The notes below the pieces were generated by a model. It saw only the letters and a program-made list of their open reading frames with translations. It made no database searches and was not told where the DNA came from. A DNA stretch of 64,000 nt from a virus. Shown here one piece after another: positions 28,158 through 37,269 of this stretch (positions within the stretch are counted from its first letter, which is position 1; the number at the start of each line of letters is the position of its first letter). The DNA lies in the IMG/VR virus record IMGVR_UViG_3300045988_183652, positions 1-64,000 of that record; one strand, 5' to 3'. Position numbers and translations under genes: made by a program.

Positions 28158-28356
28158 TGTTCTTACTCCTTTCTTCGTCTGTCAGCCCGCCATCCACAGC
28201 CATGTCCATCAGTGTATTGATGACGCTGGTGAGACGCTGTGCGAACGGGGTGTAGGGATTCGACAACTCACTGCGGCGCTCCATCAGAATCGCCATAGCA
28301 AACTTAGCGTCATTGACGCTCTTCAGCTCTTCGATTGTCCAGCGATGCTTACTCAT
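28147..28356 (-). CDS. small hypothetical protein
   Basis: 69 aa. Confidence 0.35.
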   Translation of the reverse strand: MSKHRWTIEELKSVNDAKFAMAILMERRSELSNPYTPFAQRLTSVINTLMDMAVDGGLTDEERSKNNGR

Positions 28357-28661
28357 GCTCTTGCACCCCCTTCCATAACAGGCTGGTCGGCATAAACCGA
28401 CTGCAACGCGAATTCCATAGCGGAGATGACCTGTGCGATTGAGGGCGTAGGCTTACTCAAATCGCGGGCATATCCGCACCTGTCGTTCAGGTGGGTAGTC
28501 AGGGTGTCCCTGACCTTTCCCTGTACTCCCGTTATTTCCAGCAGCCGCCTCAGAGCGTCGTTGACGTCTTTTGCGGGCAACTTCTTGCGGGGGTGGAACA
28601 ACAACTCGTTCCGATACTGAGACAATGTGCTGTCAACAAAGTGCAGCGAAGATGTATCCAT
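28353..28661 (-). CDS. hypothetical protein
   Basis: 102 aa; first gene after cassette M2. Confidence 0.4.
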   Translation of the reverse strand: MDTSSLHFVDSTLSQYRNELLFHPRKKLPAKDVNDALRRLLEITGVQGKVRDTLTTHLNDRCGYARDLSKPTPSIAQVISAMEFALQSVYADQPVMEGGARA

Positions 28662-28889
28662 TTTATTCTCCTTTCTCTAAATCTGCTTGTAAGGCCCAAG
28701 TGTGATAGACAGGTTGTAGATATAATTACCACAACGCACACATTCGTCGTTCTTTCCCCACAAGCCGCTTGCTTTCATACCGCGCACGCTGCCTGTATAA
28801 TGGATAGACGGGTGTGTATCGCACTCGTGCTGGGTAAGCTCCTTTTGTTTCATGCGTTTTCTCCTTTCGTTTTTATTTGTTCTGAATAT

Positions 28890-29030
28890 ATAAAAAGACA
28901 GTCGTTCCCAAATGAGAACAACTGTCTTGAATATGATGATGTGACTGAAAACGGAGATAAATCTCCTTATAAAAATATCTTCGTAATTATACTACTATAC
29001 TACCACAATTCTTTATAATGTCAACGGAAA
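28890..29030 (-). promoter_or_regulatory. promoter + leader-hairpin cassette M2
   Basis: Minus strand: TTGACATTATAAAGAATTGTGGTAGTATAGTAGTATAATTACG; GGAGATTTATCTCC; AAGACAGTTGTTCTC-atttg-GGAACGACTGTCTT + UUUUUAUAUAU. Confidence 0.55.
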
Positions 29031-29039
29031 CGGTACAAA

Positions 29040-29075
29040 AAAAAGAAGCCCCCGAAAGAGCTTCTTTTTAAGTTA
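29040..29075. terminator. bidirectional terminator
   Basis: GAAGCCCCC-gaaa-GAGCTTC hairpin flanked by A8/T5. Confidence 0.55.
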
Positions 29076-29078
29076 AGG

Positions 29079-29582
29079 TTATTCGTTCTTTGCAGTCTTA
29101 TCGGCGATACCATCGAAGATGTTGCCAACAACACGGATTTCGGTGCCGAGCAGCTTACAAAACGGAACAAAATGTCCGTTGTCGTAAGCCTCGTCCATCA
29201 GCTCTGCTGCCGTTTTTGTTTTCAAAGACTCACTAACCAGCAGGCCAAAGGAACCATTTCGGAACACAACCGTGTTCTCGTTGAAGAGAGGAGTGGGGCG
29301 GAATCCTTCAAAGGTCTCCACGATGTCTCCTTCGAACACCTTTGCGCCGTCCTTGTCGATGATGCCGGTGTATTGTGTTACGGTATCCGCGTAGACGCCG
29401 CAAACATCGCGGCTTTCAGCCGTGTCGGACAAGTACGTGTAGATGATGGCGAAGTCCTTCGGGCTATTATGGGGACGTGCGGCGCCCCCGTAGACCCAAA
29501 TTCCCGGCAGGGGTGCTCCGGTTGCCATGCGAACTTTCTCGCCATGCCGACGGACCTGACCACGAAACAGGATTTCTTTCAT
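29079..29582 (-). CDS. hypothetical protein
   Basis: 167 aa. Confidence 0.45.
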   Translation of the reverse strand: MKEILFRGQVRRHGEKVRMATGAPLPGIWVYGGAARPHNSPKDFAIIYTYLSDTAESRDVCGVYADTVTQYTGIIDKDGAKVFEGDIVETFEGFRPTPLFNENTVVFRNGSFGLLVSESLKTKTAAELMDEAYDNGHFVPFCKLLGTEIRVVGNIFDGIADKTAKNE

Positions 29583-29594
29583 TTTTTTCTCCTT

Positions 29595-29903
29595 TCAAAG
29601 CTGAGGTACTCCGTGAAGTTTGTTCCACGTGGCTTTTTCCATCCACGGACCGTCAAAGCTGTCGTCAACGCACTCAATTCTGAGGCAATTTGGACAAACA
29701 AGACAGTCAACTGCTCGCTTCACGCGACCCGTCTTGAACCGCATCCCGTTCTGCACAATCTCCTCTTCCATCACAAAGTAGTTTGGTTCGAGGGCACATT
29801 CACAGGTGGGACAAACGCCGAATGGGTTTGGGGCCGGTTTGTAGGTGCCGTTGTACTTCTGGATGTTTTCTTGAATCATCACACGATAATCTATCTCTGC
29901 CAT
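29595..29903 (-). CDS. small zinc-finger protein
   Basis: CPTCEC...CLVCPNCLRIEC; 102 aa. Confidence 0.4.
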   Translation of the reverse strand: MAEIDYRVMIQENIQKYNGTYKPAPNPFGVCPTCECALEPNYFVMEEEIVQNGMRFKTGRVKRAVDCLVCPNCLRIECVDDSFDGPWMEKATWNKLHGVPQL

Positions 29904-30640
29904 CAGAACCGCACCTCCTCAAATTCAATGACCCATACCCACGGGTTTCCTGCCCACTTCGAGAGAGCCTTATGCTTCGGAATAGTGCCGTCCCACAGCT
30001 TAGTGAACTTATCCTGAAGGGACATGATGTTCTTGGAGGAATCCTCATCGCGAGTGACACCCTCCTTTATGAAGTCCTCTTCGCTCATGTCATTAAGCCG
30101 GTCCAACCGAACATCCGTCACACGCAGAAAAATGCGTGCAGCCTCCTTGGGCATATGGATAGATGGCGTCCAGCGAATGAGAGAGCTTACCTCAGGGGAG
30201 TTTTTCAGGTCCTCGTCAGTGTAGTCGGCCTTATAGAGCCAGCGGTTCTCGGCGCAGGCACAGGTCGTTTCGCGAACATACAGGATGTCTCCCTTGTCAA
30301 ACGGAGCACAGAAGCTGCGAATGACGGTGTTCTCATCAGCGAAAGCGGCCACGAGACGTCCGTCTCCGTCGCGATACAGTCCATCCGCTCTCTTTCCCGC
30401 GAAGTGGAATGCACCACGGCGAGTCACTGTCTTGCGACCCTCCCGGATGGCTCGAACCATCTCTCCGTTGAAGATAATGGGCTTGGGATTTTTGCCCTTA
30501 AAAGCATCAGGGTCAAAGTGGACACCGGCTTTCTCGCGCAGTTCCTTGCAACGAGAGCCACGATAGATGTCCGTGTCACACTCTTTGACAGGACAATGTG
30601 AGAGGCAGATTCGCCGCTCATAAGGTTCCTTTCTGGGCAT
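29903..30640 (-). CDS. ASCH-domain protein
   Basis: FNGEMVRAIREGRKTVTRR motif typical of ASCH; 245 aa. Confidence 0.5.
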   Translation of the reverse strand: MPRKEPYERRICLSHCPVKECDTDIYRGSRCKELREKAGVHFDPDAFKGKNPKPIIFNGEMVRAIREGRKTVTRRGAFHFAGKRADGLYRDGDGRLVAAFADENTVIRSFCAPFDKGDILYVRETTCACAENRWLYKADYTDEDLKNSPEVSSLIRWTPSIHMPKEAARIFLRVTDVRLDRLNDMSEEDFIKEGVTRDEDSSKNIMSLQDKFTKLWDGTIPKHKALSKWAGNPWVWVIEFEEVRF

Positions 30641-30670
30641 ATATTTTCTCCTTTCTTTTCCTCGGCGGGG

Positions 30671-31123
30671 TCATTCATATTCTTGACAGCAAAGGTCGTA
30701 GACCTTATGCAGCGCAGCCAGCGCCGCCTCAGGAATATCCTGAGTGTCCATATCAAACCATTCGCCGAGCAATCCGGTAACATCTCCAAGGAACAGGAAC
30801 TCGTCGAACACCTCTGACGGTGTATTGGTGCCTTCTACGCTTACCTTGCGCCTCTTATGTGGTGCAGTTCCGCGACAGGCATCCAGCGCGTCCTGCAGGA
30901 GCGATATCGCACCCTTGGGAATTTCGCTGGTATCCATTTTCAACCAATTCGCCAGAGTCTCGATGACATCATCGATGAACACATAATTGCACTCGCAGAT
31001 AATTCTTGCCATCTGCAAATGTCGAATTGCGTCCGTTGGGATGTCGTCAATGTCGTACTCGGTGAGCTGCCTCTTCAGGCTCTTTACGACCTCATCGCGG
31101 GACAAAATCTTGTTTCTTCCCAT
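30671..31123 (-). CDS. hypothetical protein with internal duplication
   Basis: 150 aa; two similar halves (DTSEIPKGAISLLQDALDAC / DTQDIPEAALAALHKVYDLC). Confidence 0.4.
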   Translation of the reverse strand: MGRNKILSRDEVVKSLKRQLTEYDIDDIPTDAIRHLQMARIICECNYVFIDDVIETLANWLKMDTSEIPKGAISLLQDALDACRGTAPHKRRKVSVEGTNTPSEVFDEFLFLGDVTGLLGEWFDMDTQDIPEAALAALHKVYDLCCQEYE

Positions 31124-31151
31124 GTTGTTCTCCTTTCTTTTTTTGCGGATT

Positions 31152-31703
31152 TCAACTGCTCTGCCTCAACGTATCAGGCACGGCACCGTAGCTCTGTGCG
31201 GCTGGGTAGGCGGGAGGGAAGGGGATAGCCCCTCCTCTCGCTACCTGAGCCACCACGAGGGTGCTAATGCCGCCAGAGGGCGTTCTGTATTGCTGAACGC
31301 TTGGCGTGTAGAGAAACCCATCTACCGCTTGTCTCACGGTCATTGTGGGGTATTTTGGTGCCCGCCAACGATGCTCCTTGGAATAGTAGATTTCCCTAAC
31401 CCGACACGTTGCAACTGTGACGGGAATGAGGGGATTGTCTACCGTATGTTCACACACGATGGCGATAGATGTCTTTCCAATTCTGGAAGCATCCTCCACC
31501 ATGCGCTGGAGCGCGAGTCTCTGACCATAAGGCATTGCGGCATTACGATGCTTTACCTCAAAGAAAACATACCCCTTGTCGTGATACTCAATGAGTCCGT
31601 CGATGTCGGTAGGATAACAGTTACCCTTGTTTTCAATAGTCATGCCCGTGAAGCTGACGAGCTGTTTCATCCTTGCGGGAAATCTAATGTAGTCCTTCCT
31701 CAC
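31152..31703 (-). CDS. hypothetical protein
   Basis: 183 aa. Confidence 0.4.
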   Translation of the reverse strand: MRKDYIRFPARMKQLVSFTGMTIENKGNCYPTDIDGLIEYHDKGYVFFEVKHRNAAMPYGQRLALQRMVEDASRIGKTSIAIVCEHTVDNPLIPVTVATCRVREIYYSKEHRWRAPKYPTMTVRQAVDGFLYTPSVQQYRTPSGGISTLVVAQVARGGAIPFPPAYPAAQSYGAVPDTLRQSS

Positions 31704-31733
31704 GGGAGCCTCCTTTCTCTGCAGGCATCCCCC

Positions 31734-32066
31734 TCAGCGGGGGATGCCTTTGCCGTTTTTGAGCATGGAAATGACTTTTGCGGCCAAGAAATCGTCGGCC
31801 ACAAACTGGTTATAGCCGTTTTTCAGACCGTTGCTGGAGAAATCCTCTGTGTTCTTGGCATAGCGGCACATAGACTGGCTGGAAATCGGGCCGTAGATGG
31901 AGTGCTCGGTATTTACGTAGACGCAGCTATCGCCGCAGGTCACGAAACCGGAGCATCCGCGCCGCTGCCCATTGACAGCGATGTTTTTCAGCTCGACCTT
32001 GATTTCCATACCGTGCTGCTCTGCCAGCTTGGTGAGACTGTTCTTCAGCTTAGTTGCAAACAACAT
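31734..32066 (-). CDS. hypothetical protein
   Basis: 110 aa. Confidence 0.4.
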   Translation of the reverse strand: MLFATKLKNSLTKLAEQHGMEIKVELKNIAVNGQRRGCSGFVTCGDSCVYVNTEHSIYGPISSQSMCRYAKNTEDFSSNGLKNGYNQFVADDFLAAKVISMLKNGKGIPR

Positions 32067-32069
32067 AGT

Positions 32070-32822
32070 TCACACCGCCTTTCTTTCCACCCATACGTCG
32101 CCCAGCTTTGCACACTCATAGTGGTAGGGGCAGTCGTGATAGGTTTCACAACCCTCATCAACGAAGGTCTGGCAGGTGCCACAGTCCAAATTGTGATGCA
32201 GAAGACGCCGGATAACATCCCGCGCATTTTCGGTTTCTACCGCAAGGTAGGAAAAGGCTCTCGCCTTGACGCTTGCATCGTACTCATCCGTGTAGTAGAG
32301 GGAATACGCACAGAGAACCTTTGCGCCGAACACACGGCGGCACTCCTCATCGGAGAGCATTTCACCGGCAAACGGGAAAAGACCGCGTCTGCCTCTGAAC
32401 TGGTTGCTGACGTGTGTGTGCGCGTTCTTTACCAACTCAACGCCCACGCGAGTCTCATCCAGTGTGTCGAAGGACAACGCACACACATCCACAAGAGAAC
32501 CTTCGCCGATAGGGGAGTGGTTCACAAAAAGCATCGCGTATCTTCTGCTGGGAAGGGTTGCAGTTCTCGCTGCATCCTCGCCTTCGAGACACACGTAACG
32601 CGCCACTTTGTCGTCCCACACATACTTCTCACAGGAGGTGCAGGTGTTCTCTGCCTTATCACATCCGGATTTCGACGCAACGACCTTCAGCTCGGCTGCT
32701 TTTTTTTCTGCCTCACACTTATCCACAGCGGCAAAGCACACTTTTCGTCCCTTTTCCTCATCGAAACGATAGTGCTCACATAACGCACAGGAACCAGCAG
32801 GCTTTTCACAGATATATGCCAT
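32070..32822 (-). CDS. Cys-rich hypothetical protein
   Basis: Start set to ATG 32822 (MAYICEKPAGSCALCEHY...) with AAAGGAG RBS; many CxxC pairs. Confidence 0.45.
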   Translation of the reverse strand: MAYICEKPAGSCALCEHYRFDEEKGRKVCFAAVDKCEAEKKAAELKVVASKSGCDKAENTCTSCEKYVWDDKVARYVCLEGEDAARTATLPSRRYAMLFVNHSPIGEGSLVDVCALSFDTLDETRVGVELVKNAHTHVSNQFRGRRGLFPFAGEMLSDEECRRVFGAKVLCAYSLYYTDEYDASVKARAFSYLAVETENARDVIRRLLHHNLDCGTCQTFVDEGCETYHDCPYHYECAKLGDVWVERKAV

Positions 32823-32884
32823 ATTTTTCTCCTTTCTCCCAGCCTGTGATAAGGTCTTACGGGAACAAAAATGTAGTGAATATA

Positions 32885-33025
32885 TAAAAAGACAGTCGCT
32901 CTCAAAAGAGAACAACTGTCTTGAATGTGATGATGTGACTGAAAACGGAGACAAAGCTCCTTATAAAAATATCTTCGTAATTATACTACTATACTACCAC
33001 ATTTCCTTATAATGTCAACGGTTTC
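32885..33025 (-). promoter_or_regulatory. promoter + leader-hairpin cassette M3
   Basis: TTGACA...TAGTATAGTAGTATAATTACG; GGAGCTTTGTCTCC; AAGACAGTTGTTCTC-ttttg-AGAGCGACTGTCTT + U-tract. Confidence 0.55.
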
Positions 33026-33036
33026 GACGCAAAAGA

Positions 33037-33068
33037 AAAGAGCCGCATAGCGGCTCTTTTTTTTAGGC
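33037..33068. terminator. bidirectional terminator
   Basis: AGAGCCGC-ata-GCGGCTCT + T8. Confidence 0.6.
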
Positions 33069-33075
33069 TTGTTGT

Positions 33076-34035
33076 TCACGCTTCTACGTAAACTGGTTTG
33101 AGATACTGTGCGCTGAGAAATTTGCCTCGCAAGGAAGAAATCTTTGCCTCAGCGTCTTTCTCACTGATAAACCTCTGAGCATCATCCACGGAGGACGTGT
33201 ACTGGAGGTTGTTCTTCACGGATTTCTTCACATACTTCCCTGCGTATGCCTTTTCCGTACACATAACGACATAGGGCCGAGGCGCCGTCATCTTGCGCGT
33301 TACGGTCTTGAACTCAAGTCCCATTACGCTGATAACCTCTCCCATTGCTGCCGTAGCTGCTTCCGCAGACGGGTAGTGAATGGCATCTCTGACATCCTTT
33401 GTGAAATGCACAGTTATTCTTCCATTCACATTATCAAACGCACGCACATAGCCCGCGTTGCGCTTTTGAACTACAAGCGGACCCTTTACATCCCGCGCTC
33501 TGGCAGGTCGCAGGCGCTCGCCGCGCTGTGTTCCGCTGAACGACATGAAGATGTAGTGGTCCTTGTGTTCTTTTACCAGTTCCCGTGCCTCATCCAGCCA
33601 GACTTCCAGCTCATCCGTTGTTCTGACATACCTCCACAGCAGATGGTCGCCGGACGTATAGGGCATCAGCCCTACATTCAGGTCGTTGACGCCGGGATTG
33701 GCGGCGAGGATGTCCTCCAGCGTGGCGGCATCCTTTGCGGCGCGAGCAAACCATTTCCGTGCCTGAGAGCAAGTGACCCACTTGCTGTTCATCTTCCAGC
33801 ACTCATCATCGGTGTCGGGGAAGGTGGTATTCACCTTCGCCACAAATTCGTCCTCAGGAAGTTCCAGAAGATTGATTCCTCCCAGCAAGAACCAGTGGCG
33901 CTCGCGAACCTCTCGCGGCTTGAAATTCCTGTCGTAGATAAACTCGGAGCAGTTGTTGCTGCCACCCAAGGCAAGGGGAATGATACCACGAGTTGTCTTG
34001 ATGAAAGAGCGGGCATCAATGATAGTGTATCCCAT
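33076..34035 (-). CDS. hypothetical protein
   Basis: 319 aa. Confidence 0.45.
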   Translation of the reverse strand: MGYTIIDARSFIKTTRGIIPLALGGSNNCSEFIYDRNFKPREVRERHWFLLGGINLLELPEDEFVAKVNTTFPDTDDECWKMNSKWVTCSQARKWFARAAKDAATLEDILAANPGVNDLNVGLMPYTSGDHLLWRYVRTTDELEVWLDEARELVKEHKDHYIFMSFSGTQRGERLRPARARDVKGPLVVQKRNAGYVRAFDNVNGRITVHFTKDVRDAIHYPSAEAATAAMGEVISVMGLEFKTVTRKMTAPRPYVVMCTEKAYAGKYVKKSVKNNLQYTSSVDDAQRFISEKDAEAKISSLRGKFLSAQYLKPVYVEA

Positions 34036-34056
34036 TTTTACATCTCCTTTCTTCCG

Positions 34057-34326
34057 TTACATCTCGCCATCCTCGGCAGCGGTTATAATGCCGAATCTGA
34101 GGTTGTTGTTGATGTCGTAGATACTTAATCCGCTATCAAAGTCCTTGCGGAGCTGCGTCGCAGCGGCCTCTACGGAGTCTTCGCCGTACTCAAACGTCTC
34201 GGACTCGACGCAGGCCGCCACGAGTTCCTTCAGCTTTTCGCGGGAAGTCGTCGCAGAAACCAGACGCATGGAGTCTGTTGCTTTCCAAGCGTCACAGGCA
34301 AACACGATGAAGATAGGATTACTCAT
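34057..34326 (-). CDS. small hypothetical protein
   Basis: Start set to ATG 34326 (MSNPIFIVFACDAW...) with AAAGGAG RBS. Confidence 0.4.
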   Translation of the reverse strand: MSNPIFIVFACDAWKATDSMRLVSATTSREKLKELVAACVESETFEYGEDSVEAAATQLRKDFDSGLSIYDINNNLRFGIITAAEDGEM

Positions 34327-34897
34327 TTTCGGCTTGCTCCTTTCTTCTTCCAACGGTGGCTGCGGGGTACGGTGTGGCCCGCTTGTTGTTGCTGTCCATG
34401 ATTCGCATAACATGGACAAGCATCTCGGAATATGCCCTGTGCATGGTTTCATACCGCGCACGCCATGTATTATCATCATTGTCGTTCACGCGAGCACTCA
34501 GCCCCATGCTGTAGTACAGCGCGGCGTCGATGTCTACCAGCTCCGCTTCAGTCAGGTGGCAGATATAGGCTCCCAGCTCATTGACAGAAACTGCCATCGG
34601 CTGCTCGCACAGTGCTGTGCTTGGGCGGCTCGTGCTCGTGATGAGTACATGGGAGGGCTGCTGCATCTTTGGAGATGATGTCGTAAATACGACCTCCACT
34701 ACACTGCTGTAGCGGTTCAGGTCATCCGAAGATACAACGATTGCGGGACGATGCCCTCTGATAACAGAGCTATTGGAAGGATGTCCGTCTTTATCGCGGA
34801 ACTGACTTCCTTCCGGGGCCCAAGGGGAAAAGATTTCGATTTCTTTCGCATTGACCCAAAATACATCGCCCCTGCGGATATTTCCATTTCTACCCAT
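34319..34897 (-). CDS. MazF/PemK-like endoribonuclease toxin with ~75-aa C-terminal extension
   Basis: RRGDVFWVN...GHRPAIVVSSDDLNRYSSVVEVVFTTS matches the PemK/MazF fold signature. Confidence 0.5.
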   Translation of the reverse strand: MGRNGNIRRGDVFWVNAKEIEIFSPWAPEGSQFRDKDGHPSNSSVIRGHRPAIVVSSDDLNRYSSVVEVVFTTSSPKMQQPSHVLITSTSRPSTALCEQPMAVSVNELGAYICHLTEAELVDIDAALYYSMGLSARVNDNDDNTWRARYETMHRAYSEMLVHVMRIMDSNNKRATPYPAATVGRRKEQAENE

Positions 34898-35105
34898 AGA
34901 TTCTTGTCTCCTTTCCTTCAGAATTGGTTACACACGACGGAATGCCGAAAAAAGACAGAACCGCTTTAAGCGGCTCTGTCTCCATGCAGTCGATATGACA
35001 CTGCTTGTTTTCGTAGGGTGCCTCGACATATTCTTCGCCAACCTCAATGGGTTCGTGGCAAATGCAGCATTCGCCGGCGTAACGAATTTTCTTTTTTACT
35101 TTCAC
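34890..35105 (-). CDS. small zinc-ribbon protein (candidate cognate antitoxin/partner)
   Basis: 71 aa, CCICHEP...CHIDC; overlaps the MazF-like start by 8 nt. Confidence 0.35.
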   Translation of the reverse strand: MKVKKKIRYAGECCICHEPIEVGEEYVEAPYENKQCHIDCMETEPLKAVLSFFGIPSCVTNSEGKETRIYG

Positions 35106-35323
35106 AATGAATTTACTCCTTTCTGCCGTTGGCCTATTGTTGCGATTGCTTGCCGGCGCCGTCTTTCACAGAGTTTTCGCTGCTCTTCGATAGCTTCGCG
35201 AGCCTCCGCAATACACTGCTTCGCACGCCTATCCTGTTCAGAAGAGAAGGAAGCGTAGCGTTCGGAGTAGACGGAATCCATACGCTCGGCTCTCTCAATT
35301 AACTCATACAGCGGTGTAGACAT
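35102..35323 (-). CDS. small hypothetical protein
   Basis: 73 aa, coiled-coil-like. Confidence 0.35.
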   Translation of the reverse strand: MSTPLYELIERAERMDSVYSERYASFSSEQDRRAKQCIAEAREAIEEQRKLCERRRRQAIATIGQRQKGVNSL

Positions 35324-35339
35324 AGCTTCTCCTCCTCGT

Positions 35340-35612
35340 TTATTGAATGTTCATGCCTACGGCGCGAGGACCTTCTTTGGACCAAGTTTCCTTGAGCCAG
35401 TGATAGGTGATTGTGCTATCTTCGGGACTCTTGTCTGGATAGCAGGGGAGGTATGCTGCGGAGTACAAATCTCTGCACTGACTGAAATACACATGATTCC
35501 AGTCAGCCCACACATCGCCAAGAGAACGGATAGCTCGCTTGAACGACCGAAAGCTCTGCGGCGTGTGAACTACGATGGCATTTGCTCCGTTCCACTTTCC
35601 ATTCCACATCAT
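35340..35612 (-). CDS. small hypothetical protein
   Basis: 90 aa. Confidence 0.35.
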   Translation of the reverse strand: MMWNGKWNGANAIVVHTPQSFRSFKRAIRSLGDVWADWNHVYFSQCRDLYSAAYLPCYPDKSPEDSTITYHWLKETWSKEGPRAVGMNIQ

Positions 35613-35875
35613 TGCGCTTCACCTCCGCGATACGAAGGCCTCCGCTTGGACCTGAACGGCGGCATTATCGGTGCGTTGTAGCTTGTCAACTCACCCGTCA
35701 TTTTGACAGGCACACACTGGAGCAATCCGCGCTGTTTTCGATACTGGTGAGCCAAGTTGTTGCGAGCCTGTTTCTCAGAAACCGCCATAGTCGTCCCGCC
35801 CCACTTATTTGTGGTAATGTCGTCATAGACACGAACGGGGCCGAGATAGCTGAAAACCATTTTTGCCTGTGCCAT
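35609..35875 (-). CDS. small hypothetical protein
   Basis: 88 aa; first gene after cassette M4. Confidence 0.4.
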   Translation of the reverse strand: MAQAKMVFSYLGPVRVYDDITTNKWGGTTMAVSEKQARNNLAHQYRKQRGLLQCVPVKMTGELTSYNAPIMPPFRSKRRPSYRGGEAQ

Positions 35876-35919
35876 TATGTTTTCTCCTTTCTTATTGTGT
35901 TTGTAATGTAAAAAAATAT

Positions 35920-36058
35920 ATAAAAAGACAGCTATCCCTGTTTTGGGATAACTGTCTTGAATACTTGGTGTGACTGGAAGCGGAGATAAGTCTCCTTATA
36001 AAAATATCTTCGTAATTATACTATTATACTACCACAATTATTTATAATGTCAACAATA
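35920..36058 (-). promoter_or_regulatory. promoter + leader-hairpin cassette M4
   Basis: TTGACATTATAAATAATTGTGGTAGTATAATAGTATAATTACG; GGAGACTTATCTCC; AAGACAGTTATCCC-aaaac-AGGGATAGCTGTCTT + U-tract. Confidence 0.55.
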
Positions 36059-36062
36059 GCAG

Positions 36063-36095
36063 AGAAAAAAGAGGCGGCTTTCGCCTGCCTCTTTT
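36063..36095. terminator. bidirectional terminator
   Basis: AGAGGCGG-ctttcgcc-TGCCTCT + T7. Confidence 0.55.
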
Positions 36096-36096
36096 T

Positions 36097-37269
36097 TTAC
36101 CTTATTTCCTCGGAGTATTGTGCCATCCAGCAGTCGCAAAGGGCTTCCGCTACGACCTCACTTCTATCGTTATCGTCAGAAATCATCAGGATTGAAGAAA
36201 GGGCTGACCGCATACCTTCATCAAGCGTGAACTCCCTCTCGTTTCCACTTTTATCTGGGACATTTGTTCGAGCAAGCAGCGTCGAATATTTCGTATAATC
36301 AGGGGAAATGAAATAGTCCACAGCCGTGTCAAGGCCAATACTCAGCATCATAAGATTGCCGGTCGTTCCCATTGGTTCTTTCTTTCCGGACTTCTTCTCC
36401 GGTCTCATAAGAGTTCCGTTCTTGTCAAAGAATATTGCCCTATCTGACTTTTCAAATGTGTCTACAGGAACGCTAAAGCATCTGATTGCCATGTTCTTAA
36501 AAGGAGCACTGGCGTCTTCGCCGAACAGTGAGGAAGCATTACAGCAGTCATTTTCCATCTTCTCGTTAAGCCGCTTTATATAAAGCTCCTGAAAATCAAT
36601 GGGAGCACCTGCGCTGTCCGCGTATACGTAGTTTTCTGGCTTTTTGCCGTCTGCCGTTTCCCTTACCATGTACTGCTCGTACTGCTTGCACATTTCTTTA
36701 ATCTTAACTTGTATCCGCAAGGAATCGGAAAACGGAACTGCTGAGATTTGGGAGAAAAGGGAGGAGTAGTTATGAGGGAGGTGGATGGGCGCACACTCAT
36801 CTCCGAATAAGACTTTTTCGCAGGACTTGTCAAGGAAAAAGTATGAGGTTTTGTAAAGACCTTCAACAGACGCATAAAACCCTTCAGGCAGCCGTCGCGT
36901 CTGCTTGCCGTCTGCTGGAGGCGAAATGCGTAACTCAAACGGTCCCACAGAGGTAAGCGCACCGTCCTCAGGCTCCTTGAGGCGCGACATTTTAGTTGCG
37001 TCCATGCCGATTTCTGCACCAATTTGCTTCACATTCCATTCTCCATAGACACGTGGCATTTTGGTAATGGCAAACAGCTCTTCGTACACTCTCGCGGAAA
37101 CAAGCCTGCGTACCAAAGTAAGCTCATCGCTGAATTCGGCATATATTCCGAGCATTTCCTTGTAATTCAATTTTTCCGACTTCTCGGCGGAAGAGAACCG
37201 CGTATTGAGTTTTGTCGCCCATTTATTGCAGTCGATATATGCGTTGACTGCACTATCCTTTTTTCTCAT
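36097..37269 (-). CDS. hypothetical protein
   Basis: 390 aa, last gene of the RecG operon. Confidence 0.45.
   Translation of the reverse strand: MRKKDSAVNAYIDCNKWATKLNTRFSSAEKSEKLNYKEMLGIYAEFSDELTLVRRLVSARVYEELFAITKMPRVYGEWNVKQIGAEIGMDATKMSRLKEPEDGALTSVGPFELRISPPADGKQTRRLPEGFYASVEGLYKTSYFFLDKSCEKVLFGDECAPIHLPHNYSSLFSQISAVPFSDSLRIQVKIKEMCKQYEQYMVRETADGKKPENYVYADSAGAPIDFQELYIKRLNEKMENDCCNASSLFGEDASAPFKNMAIRCFSVPVDTFEKSDRAIFFDKNGTLMRPEKKSGKKEPMGTTGNLMMLSIGLDTAVDYFISPDYTKYSTLLARTNVPDKSGNEREFTLDEGMRSALSSILMISDDNDRSEVVAEALCDCWMAQYSEEIR

Noticed and set aside
30987-32783. 598-aa plus-strand ORF
   Set aside because: Antisense across four minus-strand genes of operon 3 that each have RBSs. No start context and an implausible composition.
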